DNA of 62,162 bases, filler included, from Catajapyx aquilonaris (lineage: Eukaryota), in the NCBI GenBank assembly GCA_000934665.2. It is 2 parts of 2 records of this genome, joined end to end, with 100 filler letters (N's around TTAATTAATTAA, not from the genome) between each part and the next. Parts side by side here need not be neighbours in the genome. Positions count along the whole stretch, not along the records: positions 31,039 to 62,162 come from KZ539180.1; 1 more part is not named here. One strand, written 5' to 3'. Positions 49,694 to 62,162 of the stretch are shown one piece after another. How positions within the stretch are numbered: the first letter of the stretch is position 1; every line of letters begins with the position of its first letter. A model generated the notes under the pieces. The model had not been told where the DNA came from. It did not search any database and saw nothing but the letters and a program-made list of their open reading frames with translations. The position numbers were made by a program, and so were the translations under genes.

Positions 49694-49965
49694 GCCTAAT
49701 AATAATAATAATAATGGATACCCCGTGATAGGCCTTGGGCCTCTTAGGGGATCTTCTTTTCGTAAACCGACTTTAATCATTGCCTGCGTGTGATGGATTT
49801 TGATTGCGGGAGGAAACGGGAGAACCCCGAGAAAACCCACGCGAACACGGAGAGAACCTATCGAAACTCTATCCACATAAGTATCCTCCGTCCGACCCGG
49901 GGATCGAACTCAGGACCTTAGAGGTGGAAGGCTGCGGCGCTAACCACTCGGCCACCGTGTCGCCC
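49632..49965 (-). mobile_element. SINE family B (V-domain-like), copy 2
   Basis: Reverse complement of 35708-36035; 14-bp TSD with 1 mismatch, ccttattaacataa (49618-49631) / ccttattatcataa (49966-49979). Confidence 0.9.
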
Positions 49966-51061
49966 CCTTATTATCATAAGAGAACGTGAATAATGCCTCG
50001 AGGCTAAGCTTCAGTTGGCAAAATAATACATTGCGGTTGGATATTTTTAGACAGATATATAAAGCCCTAGAAATTGCTTGAAAGTGACCTTACTCTTAAT
50101 TATATACAAACTGAATCCACTTGACCCATGCATAAATAATGTTGGCTTCCCATGCACCTCCACGAACGATAAGCCTTCATTGATCAGCTTATGGAATAGA
50201 CCTGCGTGAAAATCGATAGAAGACAAGAGAATAGCGTTCTATGCATAGCTATTGTTCATGTATCATGCTACATCTATAGTACCGCTACAGGAAATGATAC
50301 GGATTCATTTTATTACTCTCTATAGCCAACAATCACATGTTCTTAAGTACTATACATGGAATTAATAACTGCTTCTAACCATCCGTCGCACAAGTTCCTA
50401 AATCTGTCCCAAGTGCGACATAGCAGATAGCTGGTGCCATAAATGTATTCACACAAACGCTTTCGTTACACTCTTGGGTCCAACTCTGACAGTACGTGGT
50501 TTGACTTCTGGAGATGTAATACAGGTCACAATTTGCAATCAGGTGACTGACGTCCGGATCATCCGAACCGTTGGCCGATAATGTTGTCAGGGCTTGCCTG
50601 CGGAGAATTTGGGCGAAGTTCGGGAGGACTGTATTTGATGCATCTTCTTCTTCTTCTCCAAGTTGGCCGCAGTAGCTGATCAAAGCGAGAGTCTGACAAT
50701 AACAAACGCGAGAAAGGGGAGGATTGAAGAAGCATTAGAAACTCAATAGTTTTATGCAGATGTGACGCAGGCGTCTTCGCTATGAGGACCCTGGGGTAGA
50801 GCACTGACGACTGATTTAGCCAGAAATGCCAAGTTTCCGCCAATGAAAGTCCATAGCGGTCCCTTAAGGACAAAATGCACTATTCACGAGGATTATTAGA
50901 GCTTCTCGCTAAGAAAGGGCCATGGCCATATAAATTTTTATCGAATAATAAAATCTTCGGGAGTAGGGCAGAGTGATTTTTGGGTGTGCATTAAGTGCTG
51001 TGAGAATATTTCACATCTGACATCAATTTTAACGCTTTGATGGCAATTACACATTACCTAG

Positions 51062-51273
51062 CAGTGGCGGATCCGGCAAGTTTTTCTGGGGGGGGGGGGG
51101 GGGNNNNNNNNNNNNNNNNNNNNNNNNNNNNNNNNNNNNNNNNNNNNNNNNNNNNNNNNNNNNNNNNNNNNNNNNNNNNNNNNNNNNNNNNNNNNNNNNN
51201 NNNNNNNNNNNNNNNNNNNNNNNNNNNNNNNNNNNNNNNNNNNNNNNCCCCCCCCCCCCCGGATCCGCCCCTG
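51062..51273. mobile_element. hAT-like MITE spanning an N gap
   Basis: TIR cagtggcggatcc / ggatccgcccctg; 8-bp TSD ttacctag at 51054-51061 and 51274-51281. Confidence 0.85.
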
Positions 51274-52041
51274 TTACCTAGTGACTACACAGAGGTTAGT
51301 GTAAGTCACCAAACGCCTATAAATAAGATGCAGAACATTAAATTTTCATAGAAATATTACGCGCACTAGCACAGTAACAGTGTAAATGTTATAAAGAAAT
51401 TCACTGCCGGTCTTATTATAAAAGTGAGCTAATAGCAAAATAATACAAAGGAACGTGGTAATGTACACTATATACATAGCAGTATAAAGACTATGCACAT
51501 TAAGCCTTCGAAAAGGACAAAAATCTAGTTTGACTCCTTTGGTTTACGAAAGGCAAGGGCACACTGTGTCGATCTGAAGAGATGATTCTCCCAATGGTCC
51601 TTTAGCTATTGTTCAATTATTCATGCTGAGAGCTAGTCTTGCTTTGTGAGCTGCTTTCCCACCAGTCTCAACTTATTTGTGGTGGGAGTGAGGCAGGAGG
51701 TTGTGCAAGAGGTCTTCTTTCTCTTTCTCTCTCTTAGTGTGAGTATACAGAATGCGAAGGACAAAATACTGTATAGTTCTGCCCTCCTATTCGGGAGGCT
51801 ATTTCTATGCCGAGATGGCACAAGCTCGAAGAAATGCAAAGCCGCACTGTATGGCTCCGAACGAAGCAGCTTGGCGGAACTGCTGCTTTCATCAAAACTG
51901 TCTTCCTAAAAGCCAATATGGTACAAGTCAGAAAAGGAACAAAAGTTATTGCCCGGTACTTTTATCAGCAATTCATATACGATGCTTATTGTTGTCGTGT
52001 TATACAAACTTGTATGGTGAAATTCTCTGAACCAGAGAATT

Positions 52042-52283
52042 GAAGGGTCTCAGATCAAAGGTGGCTAAGTCCTTTTTGGGGGGTGTAACACAAATACGTC
52101 CAGCAATAATGTGTTTTAATGTCATTGGGTATTAATTGCACATTTGCGTATGTAGCTGAGCCGTGGCAACATATGGACCACAAAAAGTTTCAAGATTGTA
52201 CCAGTGAAAGGTAAGTAATCAGCAGTTTTTGCTCCTTCTACGACCCGTTTTTTTGGACTTAGCTGCCTTTGATCTGAGACCTC
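52042..52283. mobile_element. Sola-like MITE, uninterrupted copy
   Basis: Same TIRs and body as 43685-44380; TSD aatt at 52038-52041 and 52284-52287. Confidence 0.85.
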
Positions 52284-52359
52284 AATTACGTTATAGTGAT
52301 TCATTTGGTCCCCACACCTTAGTTAGTCAGATAATTAGCGTGAATCGAAGAGTGCATTA

Positions 52360-52744
52360 TCTAATACATATTTCAAGACGTATGTCTGTACGTTCCCGAT
52401 GCAAATCAATACGGAGGCCTCGACGCATGCCCCAGGGGAATCTTAGGGGTAGTTTTTAACTGGGAAGGTTTTTAGCACATTGGACTTGACCTCCAAGGTC
52501 ATCCTTGGCCGCAGAGGCGAAAGGCAGGAAAGCAGGAACCCCGGATGTAGCATCAATCGAGGGAGAGATCGAGGAGGGAGAGATCGAGGGAGAAAAAAGG
52601 GACTTCATGCACATGCAATATGTTCCATGTTACAGGTATGCCAACATTGTATAGATAGGTATAGGTAGGTTATTGCAAAGGTAACTACCAAATACTATGG
52701 AAAAGTATTTCATAACCCGAGCAACGCCGGGTATCCTAGCCTGG
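52360..52744 (+). mobile_element. Non-autonomous Helitron
   Basis: A|TC start (tctaatacat); 3' hairpin cccgagcaacgccggg followed by CTGG|T. Confidence 0.65.
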
Positions 52745-52846
52745 TAGTATTTCCTATATGCAGACACTTCAGTCGTATTTTAATGTGAAAACATACTTAG
52801 CATCTTAATTATAATTTATACGTACTATCCCATATACGGTGTGTAA

Positions 52847-53008
52847 AGGTGCGTTTACATGTGAGCGATTTGACGAGCGAAGCGGAGCGAAGTCTTCGCC
52901 TAGGCTAAGTAACTCAAGTAGCCAATATTGTTTGAGGCGAAAATCGATTGTTAATTTCAGCCTCGGCGAAGATTTGGCTAGTCAAATCGCTCACATGTAA
53001 ATGCAAAT
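52847..53008. mobile_element. PIF/Harbinger (Tourist-like) MITE
   Basis: TIR (taa)aggtgcgtttacatgtgagcgatttgac versus gtcaaatcgctcacatgtaaatgca. Confidence 0.7.
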
Positions 53009-55140
53009 TTAGAGAATTTCACGTAGTCTTCTGGTTCCGATTAGAATGCACAGCAACTGTAGCCTACACTTGACCACCCTATGACTCCCACTCGGACCTT
53101 AGAGGTCGATGAGGAAGACCGAGCCAGTACAATGAGTCGCATAGCGAATGATTGAATTGTTCCTTTGTAAGAGCAATGCGGGGTATAGGCGGCACGAGGC
53201 TCTCAGTTCTGCCTCCGAGATATACTGTCCAATTTGTGTCGTGGCCTTATTTCCAACCATTACACCCACGTCAGAGAAGACCGTGGTGAATTTAGGAGTC
53301 CGCTGAAGGAGCTCGAGTTAGTTGTACATCACCTCGACGGCTCGGTGTTCCTTTGGGCAATTATGCCTAAGCGTCCCATGAAGAGGCTCTGCAATTAGTT
53401 TTAGGTCATTCAGACACTCAGTAATGGTGGTCCATGTCCCCGGAGAGAAACAGAGAAGAATTTTCTTGAGAACCGGAGGAGACAAAGAGCCTCCAAAGAA
53501 TTCCAGGCTCGGGATGCGAACTCGATACCCCACAACAGAGATGACGAGAGATTTGTTGAGTCACGAGTCAATACATTGTCATTCATGAGCAACACTTTGG
53601 GAATTATTATCTGGTCGCTGGTCTATGAGGAGGATATTACTGCCTTAGATTACGAGCTGAAGCTGGCTTCCAAAGCAGGATGAACCGGATGGGAAAAAGG
53701 TGTTTTATAGAGAGTTAAGGCTCTCATGGGAGACCAGATAAGCCTGGAAGAACGATATGTTGAGTACGTGCAGTAGAAAAACTGAACAATTGGCCATCCA
53801 AAAGCACTGCCGCTGCCAGACACTGGGTTTCAAAGAGGACGGGATCTCAAGATTGGCTTTAGGCAGCGATCTGCTCCAGGGTCCTCACTGACATACTCAG
53901 CTGGTATACAGGGTGATCCAAAATACTTGTCCTATTGCTATGGCTATTTGTTGGCACTAAGTTGCTTATTTAAGCAGTTACTTTTGAATAGTCATTCTTA
54001 TAACATTTTTTAAAAGTATTAGCTGCTGATATTGCACCCAACTGAATTATCTGATCCAAGCTCTGAACTGCAAAGTATTTCCGATTAGAATTGGCCCATT
54101 GGCATTTACAGAGCCCATTTTGTGCACGCCAGACCACTTTTGCAGACTTTAAAAAGAATGGGTTCCCACACCCTAATATTAACAGCTAAAACTTTTGATT
54201 CCCATTAAAAGTAGGTATGCATAAGTAACTGCTTAAACGTAAGCAGCTTACTGCTATAAATATTCAGAAATGGCTGGGACATCACAGTCATTTCTGATGC
54301 TTAAACAATATGTGCCGCATTACATTTCAGTGTCAGAATTTCATGAATGTGATGCATGGAATTTGTTTTGTGTAACAGTAGCATTACAGTCTCGTTTCGT
54401 GCCAATGCAATGTCTACAATATGCATTCCAGACAGAGGGTTCCATTTTGAACATAAGGAAGATCATCAGATCAAAAAATGTCCCATTGAAATGTGCTCAT
54501 TATAGCGACAAAAATATACCACGAAGCATAGTAGTTACGCGTAGCATAGATTCCGCTATGGTGCAGTACATTAGGACCAGATTAAACCCCTTCCTTTATT
54601 GTACCTTAAATAATATAGTACTAGATGCATTAAAATTGCTAATTTTTGGCGGGGTTAAGCAGAAATTGCGAGGTATACAATATGTTTCTTAGTCTTTAAC
54701 TCGTAAGATCTGTTGTGCTATTAAAATGTGTGAAACTGAAAGACGATAAAAAAAATAGGCTAAAATTGAGTTTACCGTTCGTATCTAAACGAAAATTGCA
54801 TTCTCCATTTAATATGCAAAAAACTTGACTGACGTAATTAAAACTTGTGCCGAATTTTCTTTCACCCTTTATCCAGCAGGTTACTTACAATGATGAGGCC
54901 ACTAACACTATAGATATTAAATTTTCAAGTGTACGGTATTTTAGTGTGTAAAATATGTTCTGATGCAAAAGATATGGGCCTTTTCTATGAAACTTTAATC
55001 ACTGCATAAGGTGTCCGAAAAGTCTCTTCATCTCAGCATTAGCTAGTGGAAATGTCTCGGGCATCTGGCGACCAGATGACCATGGTGTTCCAAGAAGGGA
55101 GAAAATTTTGTTGTAAAGTCGCAATAAATAATTGAACAAT

Positions 55141-55142
55141 TA

Positions 55143-55194
<52 letters not shown>

Positions 55195-55475
55195 TGATGA
55201 TGATGATAATAATATAATAATGGATACCCCGTGATAGGCCTCCTTGGGCCTCTTAGGGGATCATCTTTTGAATAACCGTCTTTAATCATTGCCTGCGCTG
55301 TGATGGACTTTGATTGCGGGAGGAAACGGGAGAACCCCGAGAAAACCCACGCGAACACGGAGAGAACCCATCAAAACTCTATCCATATAAGTATCCTCCG
55401 TCCGACCCGGGGATCGAACTCGGGACCTTAGAGGTGGAAGGCTGTGGCGCTAACCACTCCGCCACCGTGTCGCCC
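55141..55475 (-). mobile_element. SINE family B (V-domain-like), copy 3
   Basis: Reverse complement of 35708-36035 with (AAT/GAT)n tail; TSD not clear. Confidence 0.88.
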
Positions 55476-55518
55476 TTTAATCGTAATTATAGCTAGGTAG
55501 AATTTTAAAATTTTTGTC

Positions 55519-56007
55519 CGGATGCAAAGTTTGCACTCCAGACTTTAATCTGGAGTACAAATCCCTTACTTGGAGTGCTTAATTTTAAATTACTGGGTAT
55601 AGCCATGGTTAAATGCAAAGCCAATTGGAGTGCAAACTTTGCACTCCAAGGCTCAGTTTGGAGTGCAGATGACAATTTTGGAGTGCAAATTGCGGGTAGA
55701 GTTGGGTTGCCAGGCATCGCGGAAGGCGGGTGGCTGGGGGCAGTGGCTGTGTCGCAAAAACGGAGCAGGCAGGCTGGAGGATAGGCGTGTATCCGCTGAA
55801 GATAGGTCTGTATCCGCAATGAAGGAAGGTTAGGTTAGGTTAGGTTAGGTTGGTACAGCATACCCCCTTCCCAAATCCAAAAAATCAGTACGGTACTTGC
55901 ATCCTTGCGTTTGCGACACACCCACTGCCCCCGGCCACTACTCACCCTCCCGCCTTCCGCGATGCCTGTCAAGGTTTACTCCTTCTCAAATTGCACCTTT
56001 GCATCCG
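55519..56007. mobile_element. Non-autonomous element with terminal and internal inverted repeats and a central (TTAGG)n tract
   Basis: cggatgcaaag / ctttgcatccg ends; internal caggcatcgcggaaggcggg / cccgccttccgcgatgcctg; ggttaggttaggttaggttaggtt at ~55828-55851. Confidence 0.65.
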
Positions 56008-57469
56008 AATATTTAGATGAAAATGGCCTGTAAAAAGAGCTGTATGCCCTAATACACCATACAATATGCCTGATGATTTCCTTCTCATTCTATGAAGCTG
56101 AAGACAGGGAGATAAACTACGAGGTCAAAAATTTTGGTCGAATATTTCTTTCTTTTCCTTCCCAGCATTTGTCTAAGGCGCAAAAGACAAATCGTTACTT
56201 CCACATTGACTTCTATTAGACCTTCCCATTAGGTCCTAATGTGTTTCCTGGCGACCATTAAGAACTGTCATTAACTCTTTTTTTTAAAGCCCCCATGTTC
56301 TTTGGGTATGCGAGGATAATGACAGTAAAAGTAGTCAGACAAATTGAGTCACGCACATAGTTGTCAGACAAATGGACGGTCTTTTGTGAGTCCGCGATTG
56401 CCATTATGACCCCTTTTCAACATTTATTCAGGAGAAGCAGCTACATCATTTGTGCTGTGTATAGTGAGAGGGGGTTGTCGACAGAAGGGTGATTCTGGCA
56501 GTATCCTTGAAGGCGTCGGCGGCCATTGCTGACGTAGAATCAATATCTTCTCAATACGTTTGTGGAGTTGGGGGCAGTGCATGATGAATGATAACTCGCT
56601 TCAGATGTGCATCAATCATACAAAAAGTCGTTGAGTTCGGACGCCTTCGAATCTGATCTTCTAAAGTGGGCTTATTGTTTACAAGTTCGGCCATTTTTTG
56701 GTGGGGAGCAAGCACCATAGATTACATTTCCCACGTAATGACCTGCAGGCATAGTCTTACAGCAAATGAGAATCTGGAATATACGGTGGGGGCACGGAAT
56801 CGAGAGGCGATTGGCTCTGTTTGCTTTGTAACTCGGGTGCGGGTGGATGGGGGGGATGCGGTTCGATTCCGGCCACACGTATAATAGAAAATCCACCTTC
56901 AACTGCCTATCCAAATGCCATTTGTTTTACAGAGTGTTATTTAGGCAAATTAGGTTCGTGGCTTTGACCAGTATGCAGCAGCACGAAAGACGCGTTCTTG
57001 TATTGAGCGAACCACCAGTCCTATATGTGTGCATTTGATCTTTTCTCTCCCACATTTTCTTGCTCCAACGAGTAGTAGTTATTGGATTCTTGTATCAGTA
57101 CTAAATTTTCCTGTTACGAGGAGAATATTCGGGACTGCTATATTTGCTCGCTAGTTCATGGTGATTTTTCGTCTTATGGTCGTTGGGCGATGCTAACAAG
57201 AAGTTACCATGGAAACTTATTATTGTGGGAGGTTTAGGAGCGGGCTATATTAACTGTGAAAGGGAAACCTCACAATGTCTCGAAAATGCGTGTGGAAATA
57301 ATCCGATTTTTCCCAACCTACTCACTGACATTTTCCGCTGCGACCTACATACATTTTTCACAATTTTAAAAACAGAAATTACATTACAGCTATTAATAAA
57401 AACTAGGCACATATTTGTCAAAATCAGGCAAAAAATTAGCGAAAATGGTACAAATTTACAAAAATGAAA

Positions 57470-57636
57470 AGAATGAGAATTTGAAGAGAATTTGAAGAGA
57501 ATAAATTTGAAGAGAATTTGAAGAAATTGAGAATTTGAAGAGATTGAGAAAATTGAGAATTTGAAGAAATTGAGAAAATTGAGCAAATTAAAAAAATTAG
57601 CGAAAATTGCACAAATTGCGAGCAAAATTGTGAAAG

Positions 57637-57700
<64 letters not shown>
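57470..57700. repeat. Purine-rich minisatellite (gagaatttgaa-like) followed by (GA)n
   Basis: Direct inspection; (GA)n at ~57639-57700. Confidence 0.9.
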
Positions 57701-57701
<1 letters not shown>

Positions 57702-60700
57702 GCGGACCAGGCAGCGACATCCGACGGTGAAGTGCCGAAGTAAGACGGTGCAGATGTGAGCGAGTCGCCACCCAGGAGGTAGCGCCCCGCGCCCGGAACG
57801 GCGGAAATGGGGATTCCGTGGAAAAGTCGCGGTCGGTTATTTGAGGCAGTCGGCTTTTTGTGTGTGTTTTATAAATTTCCTGGACACTATTCCCAAAAAA
57901 AAAGTTTATTGCGAATATAGAAAACGCGGTCTAAATTTTGACACCACTCCCAATGCTGTAGGCCGTACGGTGCGGGAGGAGTTGTGGGAACAGTCGGGTA
58001 TTAATAATATAGATTTCCAAAATCAACCATAGTAATTTCAATATTGGAATATTACAGAAAGTGAGTGAAAGTACTATACTTTTGCCACATCGTGTATTCT
58101 GTATTTTATTCCACAGAGTTCCATTTATCAGTTACTCTTGTTGCAAATCCTGGAGCTTTACCGTTGAATTGATGTTTGGTGCGTCCACATTGCAGCAAGG
58201 TTGAGCTCCAAAAGGTTGCGGTGAGCAATGTTTGCGGAAATAGAAGCATTTTGTTGAAAAAGCACACTTTTATTGGCAGTGGGCCATGTTATTGTTCTCT
58301 AGGCTAGAAGGAGAAGCATTGCGCTGGGCCAGAAAAGTTACTTTTTAACCAATGTGGATTTCTGCTTAGAACTTTTTCTAGCTTCAAATTTTTTTAAAGC
58401 TCTCTAGCAGCCTTGCAGCTGCAATGACGACACGCTTGTACGGATAACGCGAACACAGCGGCTCTACCTGGCTTATAATTGAAACGTGGAAATGGGGAAA
58501 AAGTATGCGTTAAGTGCACTGCAGACTTATTATTTTTTCTCTCCAAATGTTCAATACCTAGGTTTAGAGATTATTTTGCATTTTGCGGTTAACTAAACGT
58601 CACTGAAGATTTTCCTCATTTTTTAAAATTATCATACAGTTCAGTGCGAAATATACAATGTATCAAATAATTTCAAAATCGTCACGTCTCTATATGTGAA
58701 GGGCTTTCTAGCCCGAGTATACGTTTGTTTGAAACTCTTTTCAGAGTTGCAAAATTTATTGGAAGCTCGAGTTGGGTTGTCTGGACCATGAATATTGAAA
58801 TGCTTAGGTGAGGTTTTAAGGTACAAATTGTGTGGAATGGTGAGATCTCAGTAAGGTGCTAACCACATCTCCTGAATGGCCAGAGACTTCGCACATATTG
58901 CGATCCTCTACTGTGAGGATGCGACGTAAAAGACATTGTCTGCGGCTTCACTGCAAGACATAAAAAGTGTCATGGCAAGTTCGTTGCATGTATGAAACTC
59001 ATAAACCGGGTGTGGAGCTTACAGGATGACTTTGTGACGCACAACATGACAGCGAGGTGACAATTAAGTCACGCTGTGCAAGAGAAAATATCTCAGACGT
59101 AATTACTCACATGTAGGTGCCATAATAACATATACAGTTCCTTACAAAGTCTTAAGCGTGTCATGTTCCCATATAAACGAAAGAAAAATAATGTTCATTG
59201 TTTGGGGGTTTCTAATAGTGTATAGGAGGATAAAGAGGCTTTATTTGATTGATATAATAATGGGACGATTATTTAAAAGTATAAAGGTCTTAACGGTTAC
59301 ATTGACGAAGAACACTTGATCACGTTATTAGGGGCTCCAATGGATATTGGCCACAAAGGACATTTGGTATGATGAAGAATTCGTTACACTGCCTCGAGTT
59401 CAGTGAATGGCCACAGGTAGTCCTAATAACAAAGAAAGTTCCGCAGGTACGCTGAATAATCCCCTTTCACAACAGAACATGTTCCCAAATGCGCTAAACT
59501 CTCCCATTATATGACATTGTGGCCCCCATTCGATTTCAAAGAGAACAAGAGCTTAAATAGTCCATTTCCTCGTCCATTTCCTATAGAACAGTGACACTAA
59601 TTCAAGATATAACTTTCGGCCTCTAGAAATGCACGATTTGAACTCTCGCTTGTTGATTTAGGAATGTGGCTGGTCCTCAATTTTTCAAACTATTTTTCAG
59701 CGGATCTGACCCTTTTTTTGCTCCTAGAATCAGAGGTACCAACACAACGATATTTTAATTTGTCATTTCACCACAGTTTGCTCGTACCTATATTTTTTCA
59801 CCTCACATTGCATTGTTGACATGTCGTTGCCAGTCCGTGACAAAGCGTCTGATGTGGTATGCTACTGGCTTGTCTTCTCAGCATGACCGTGGTTGACCTA
59901 CGCTCCCTGTATGCCTCTCGCCTCAAATTCCGCGTTGCAGTAAGTCAGAAGATCAATACAGTGAACGCTGAGATAAGGTGTGCGGCTAACACATACGTGG
60001 TCTCTAGATAATCAAAGGCACAGCTTTACGACACTATACCATGAACCGGAGCATACGCTGGTCTGCCCATCGTCTCACTTATTATACGATGCGTGCCAGT
60101 GTGTCTACACAACTCATTAGCAAGCTTGCCTATATCAAACGGCCAGGGATATCAAATAAGCATCGAGTCGCGTCAGATGTGATATGAAATTATGCTGATT
60201 GACTATCTGTATGTTGATCGAATGTATGGTCAAGGAGGTTAAAGCACTGCATTTCCTCTGGGAGTCTGGAGTTGGTTACATTGATGAGCTTGGCTCCCGC
60301 TTGGCGTCTAACTTTGAGAATTCAAAGGCGATATTAGAGAGTCGTAAATAGTGGTGATGATTGCTTCTTAATGTGCGTAATGGTGGTGTGGGGGTGATCA
60401 ATTACATTCTGCATGCTTGCATCTGCAGAGGCTGATGTTTACTATCGGACTGCGGCAAATAATGGCCTCCTTATCCTGGTTGGTAGGAATTCTTGGCACT
60501 CAGTCGTAAGCAATTAGAAATCAATTTATACCAGAACCAGCTGCAACAATCGTAACTACAGAGAGGTACTTATCATGTAATTTGATGTAGGCATATATGG
60601 CTAAATCAAATATCTGCCATATGCACCATGAGGCTATAAAATCCGTTGTAACTTTACGACTTTTTTTTGTCTGAAAAGGCCCGACGGTTGTATATAACGC

Positions 60701-61615
60701 CAGGGATATACCATTGGTCAAAATATTTTTTTTGGACATTATAAAACTTTAGCGCGTTGTACATATTAATAGAAAATGGGGCTTCCCCCTATAAACAGCA
60801 CGGGGTACTGAAAAAAAAGAAAAAAAAAGAAATGGGACCAAACTAAAGTTGTAATATTTACCCCCACTCATGTTGATGCCTGACTCGTACAGTATGAAGC
60901 TCTGCTACTGAATCGGCTAATAAATTTTGTAATAACTAAACAAGGCCCGACTACACTTTGGCACACGGCATAGCATGTTCACTGCTCATTTCTGGCAGAA
61001 TGGCTCACTTTATGTTTAATATTTAAGGTTTGTTTGTTTATGCACTTTGTTACGTCGGTTTCTACGTGTGTGTACACGCCCACTCTCTACGTATACCACA
61101 TCTGTAAACGGCAAATACCATGTGCAACGTACATAAAAAATATGTAGGCTGTACAAGCATAAAAAGCGGAACAGGGCTAAATGTATGAAACATTAGGGGA
61201 CAAGATGGACATAACATTTACCTTATTCATTGCGAAACCCCCAAAAATCCTGCAACTTGGATGAGCCACTCTGAAAATAATATAGGCATTTTTGCAATAC
61301 GAATTAAAACTCACAGACTGTGACGACCCAACCTGACTTATTTTAATGCGGATACAATTCTAGTTTTGGCCAAGTTTTGTGTTGATTCGGACTCCCCTCG
61401 TTCCATATTCAAATATCCTCCAGCACTCCCCTCCAGCCTTCCCCCGTCGGCTTAACCCCTCGACCAGAAAGCGATGTCTTTATGTAGAGAAAGAGACGCC
61501 TCCAGGGAGCTGTAGGTTCATTCGGAAACACAGGACATGACCCAGAACAGGCAATGCTTAGTGTATTACACATCAAAGGATTTGATCCATATAATTATAT
61601 ACACAGGTATAGTAC

Positions 61616-61766
61616 TGTACTATCGGTCTCAATTAGTTTCGGCCACTTTATCCTGGTCTTGAAGCAACCCTTCACACACAACACACCTCCTCACCGTGGG
61701 GCCTGTGCGAAGGGTTGCTACAAGATCAGGATAAAGTGGCCGAAACTAAATGAAACCGATAGTACA
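61616..61766. mobile_element. Hairpin MITE, same family as 34900-35049
   Basis: Shared arm ggccactttatcctggtcttgaagcaacccttc; tgtactat...atagtaca ends. Confidence 0.85.
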
Positions 61767-61794
61767 TACGCAAAATGAGAGGTTTTATAAAATA

Positions 61795-62095
61795 CTAGCT
61801 GCGGCACCCGGCGTTGCCCGGGAAGAAATGAATGAAGGGAAAACACCTGCCAGTAGCCCCGTCAACTGTCTGTCGTTCTGTATGTCCGCCCACCAATGCC
61901 ATCTGTGGTCCTTCTACTCCAACACCTTCAACCTCTCCCGCCTGTATAACGGCAACCATCATTGTCCTGCCATCTGTAGTCAACCCCCAACATCTCCATC
62001 CTCTCCCGGCCTGGGGGTGGAGCACAGATGGTAGGCAAATGACGGTTGGCAGGCGGACAGACAGACAGACTCACAAACGGCTTTATTTATATAGA
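61795..62095 (-). mobile_element. Non-autonomous Helitron (Lep1-like)
   Basis: Minus strand starts tctatataaataaa, contains (gtct)n, and ends with hairpin cccgggcaacgccggg plus CTAG|T. Confidence 0.75.
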
Positions 62096-62162
62096 CTCGC
62101 TTTGCGAGGCGGGGGGGCTCCGCCCCCCCACACCCCCCCTTGGGGCTGCGCCCCAATTGGCG

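Noticed and set aside
50375..50683. Tyrosine recombinase or host exon in the minus-strand 102-aa ORF
   Set aside because: Catalytic H/R/Y spacing is not convincing and no clear splice boundaries were found.
51530..51900. RTE reverse transcriptase remnant (FGLRKAR, ALYGSE)
   Set aside because: Only isolated short motifs; too decayed to support as a feature.
55828..55851. (TTAGG)n as a telomere or fusion relic
   Set aside because: Only about four units, internal to an inverted-repeat element.
60200..60430. CRE-like non-LTR remnant (LNVRNGGVGV)
   Set aside because: Single weak motif surrounded by stops.
31039..62162. Hox-cluster microRNAs (mir-10, mir-iab-4, mir-993) or a homeobox exon near the recursive site
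   Set aside because: No match to the mature sequences I recall and no homeodomain in the ORF track; the host gene remains unidentified.

Overview
Eukaryotic, repeat-dominated DNA, most likely from an invertebrate or arthropod (TTAGG tract, Lep1/DINE-type rolling-circle elements, tRNA-derived SINEs). I found no intact host protein-coding gene, rRNA, true tRNA or CRISPR array. A 100-bp artificial spacer (N44-TTAATTAATTAA-N44, 30939-31038) splits the window, so the two halves may not be adjacent. The left half (1-30938) is a dense graveyard of short decayed fragments from many transposon superfamilies (DUF6729/MULE-like, RNase H-bearing LINE, piggyBac x2, Copia, Gypsy, Harbinger, Merlin, hAT) plus an ankyrin fragment. 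Most lie on the + strand, which resembles a uni-strand piRNA cluster. The standout is a TTAA-flanked, internally deleted piggyBac (7811-9521) whose ends and transposase look very close to primate PGBD3/MER85, suggesting horizontal transfer; its empty insertion site survives in a nearby paralogous duplication. The right half (31039-62162) looks intronic or intergenic, with SINEs, MITEs, Helitrons, microsatellites and a textbook recursive splice site (branch point, pyrimidine tract, CAG|GTAAGT at ~40390-40427). All family assignments come from by-eye motif recognition and memory of reference sequences; no searches were run.
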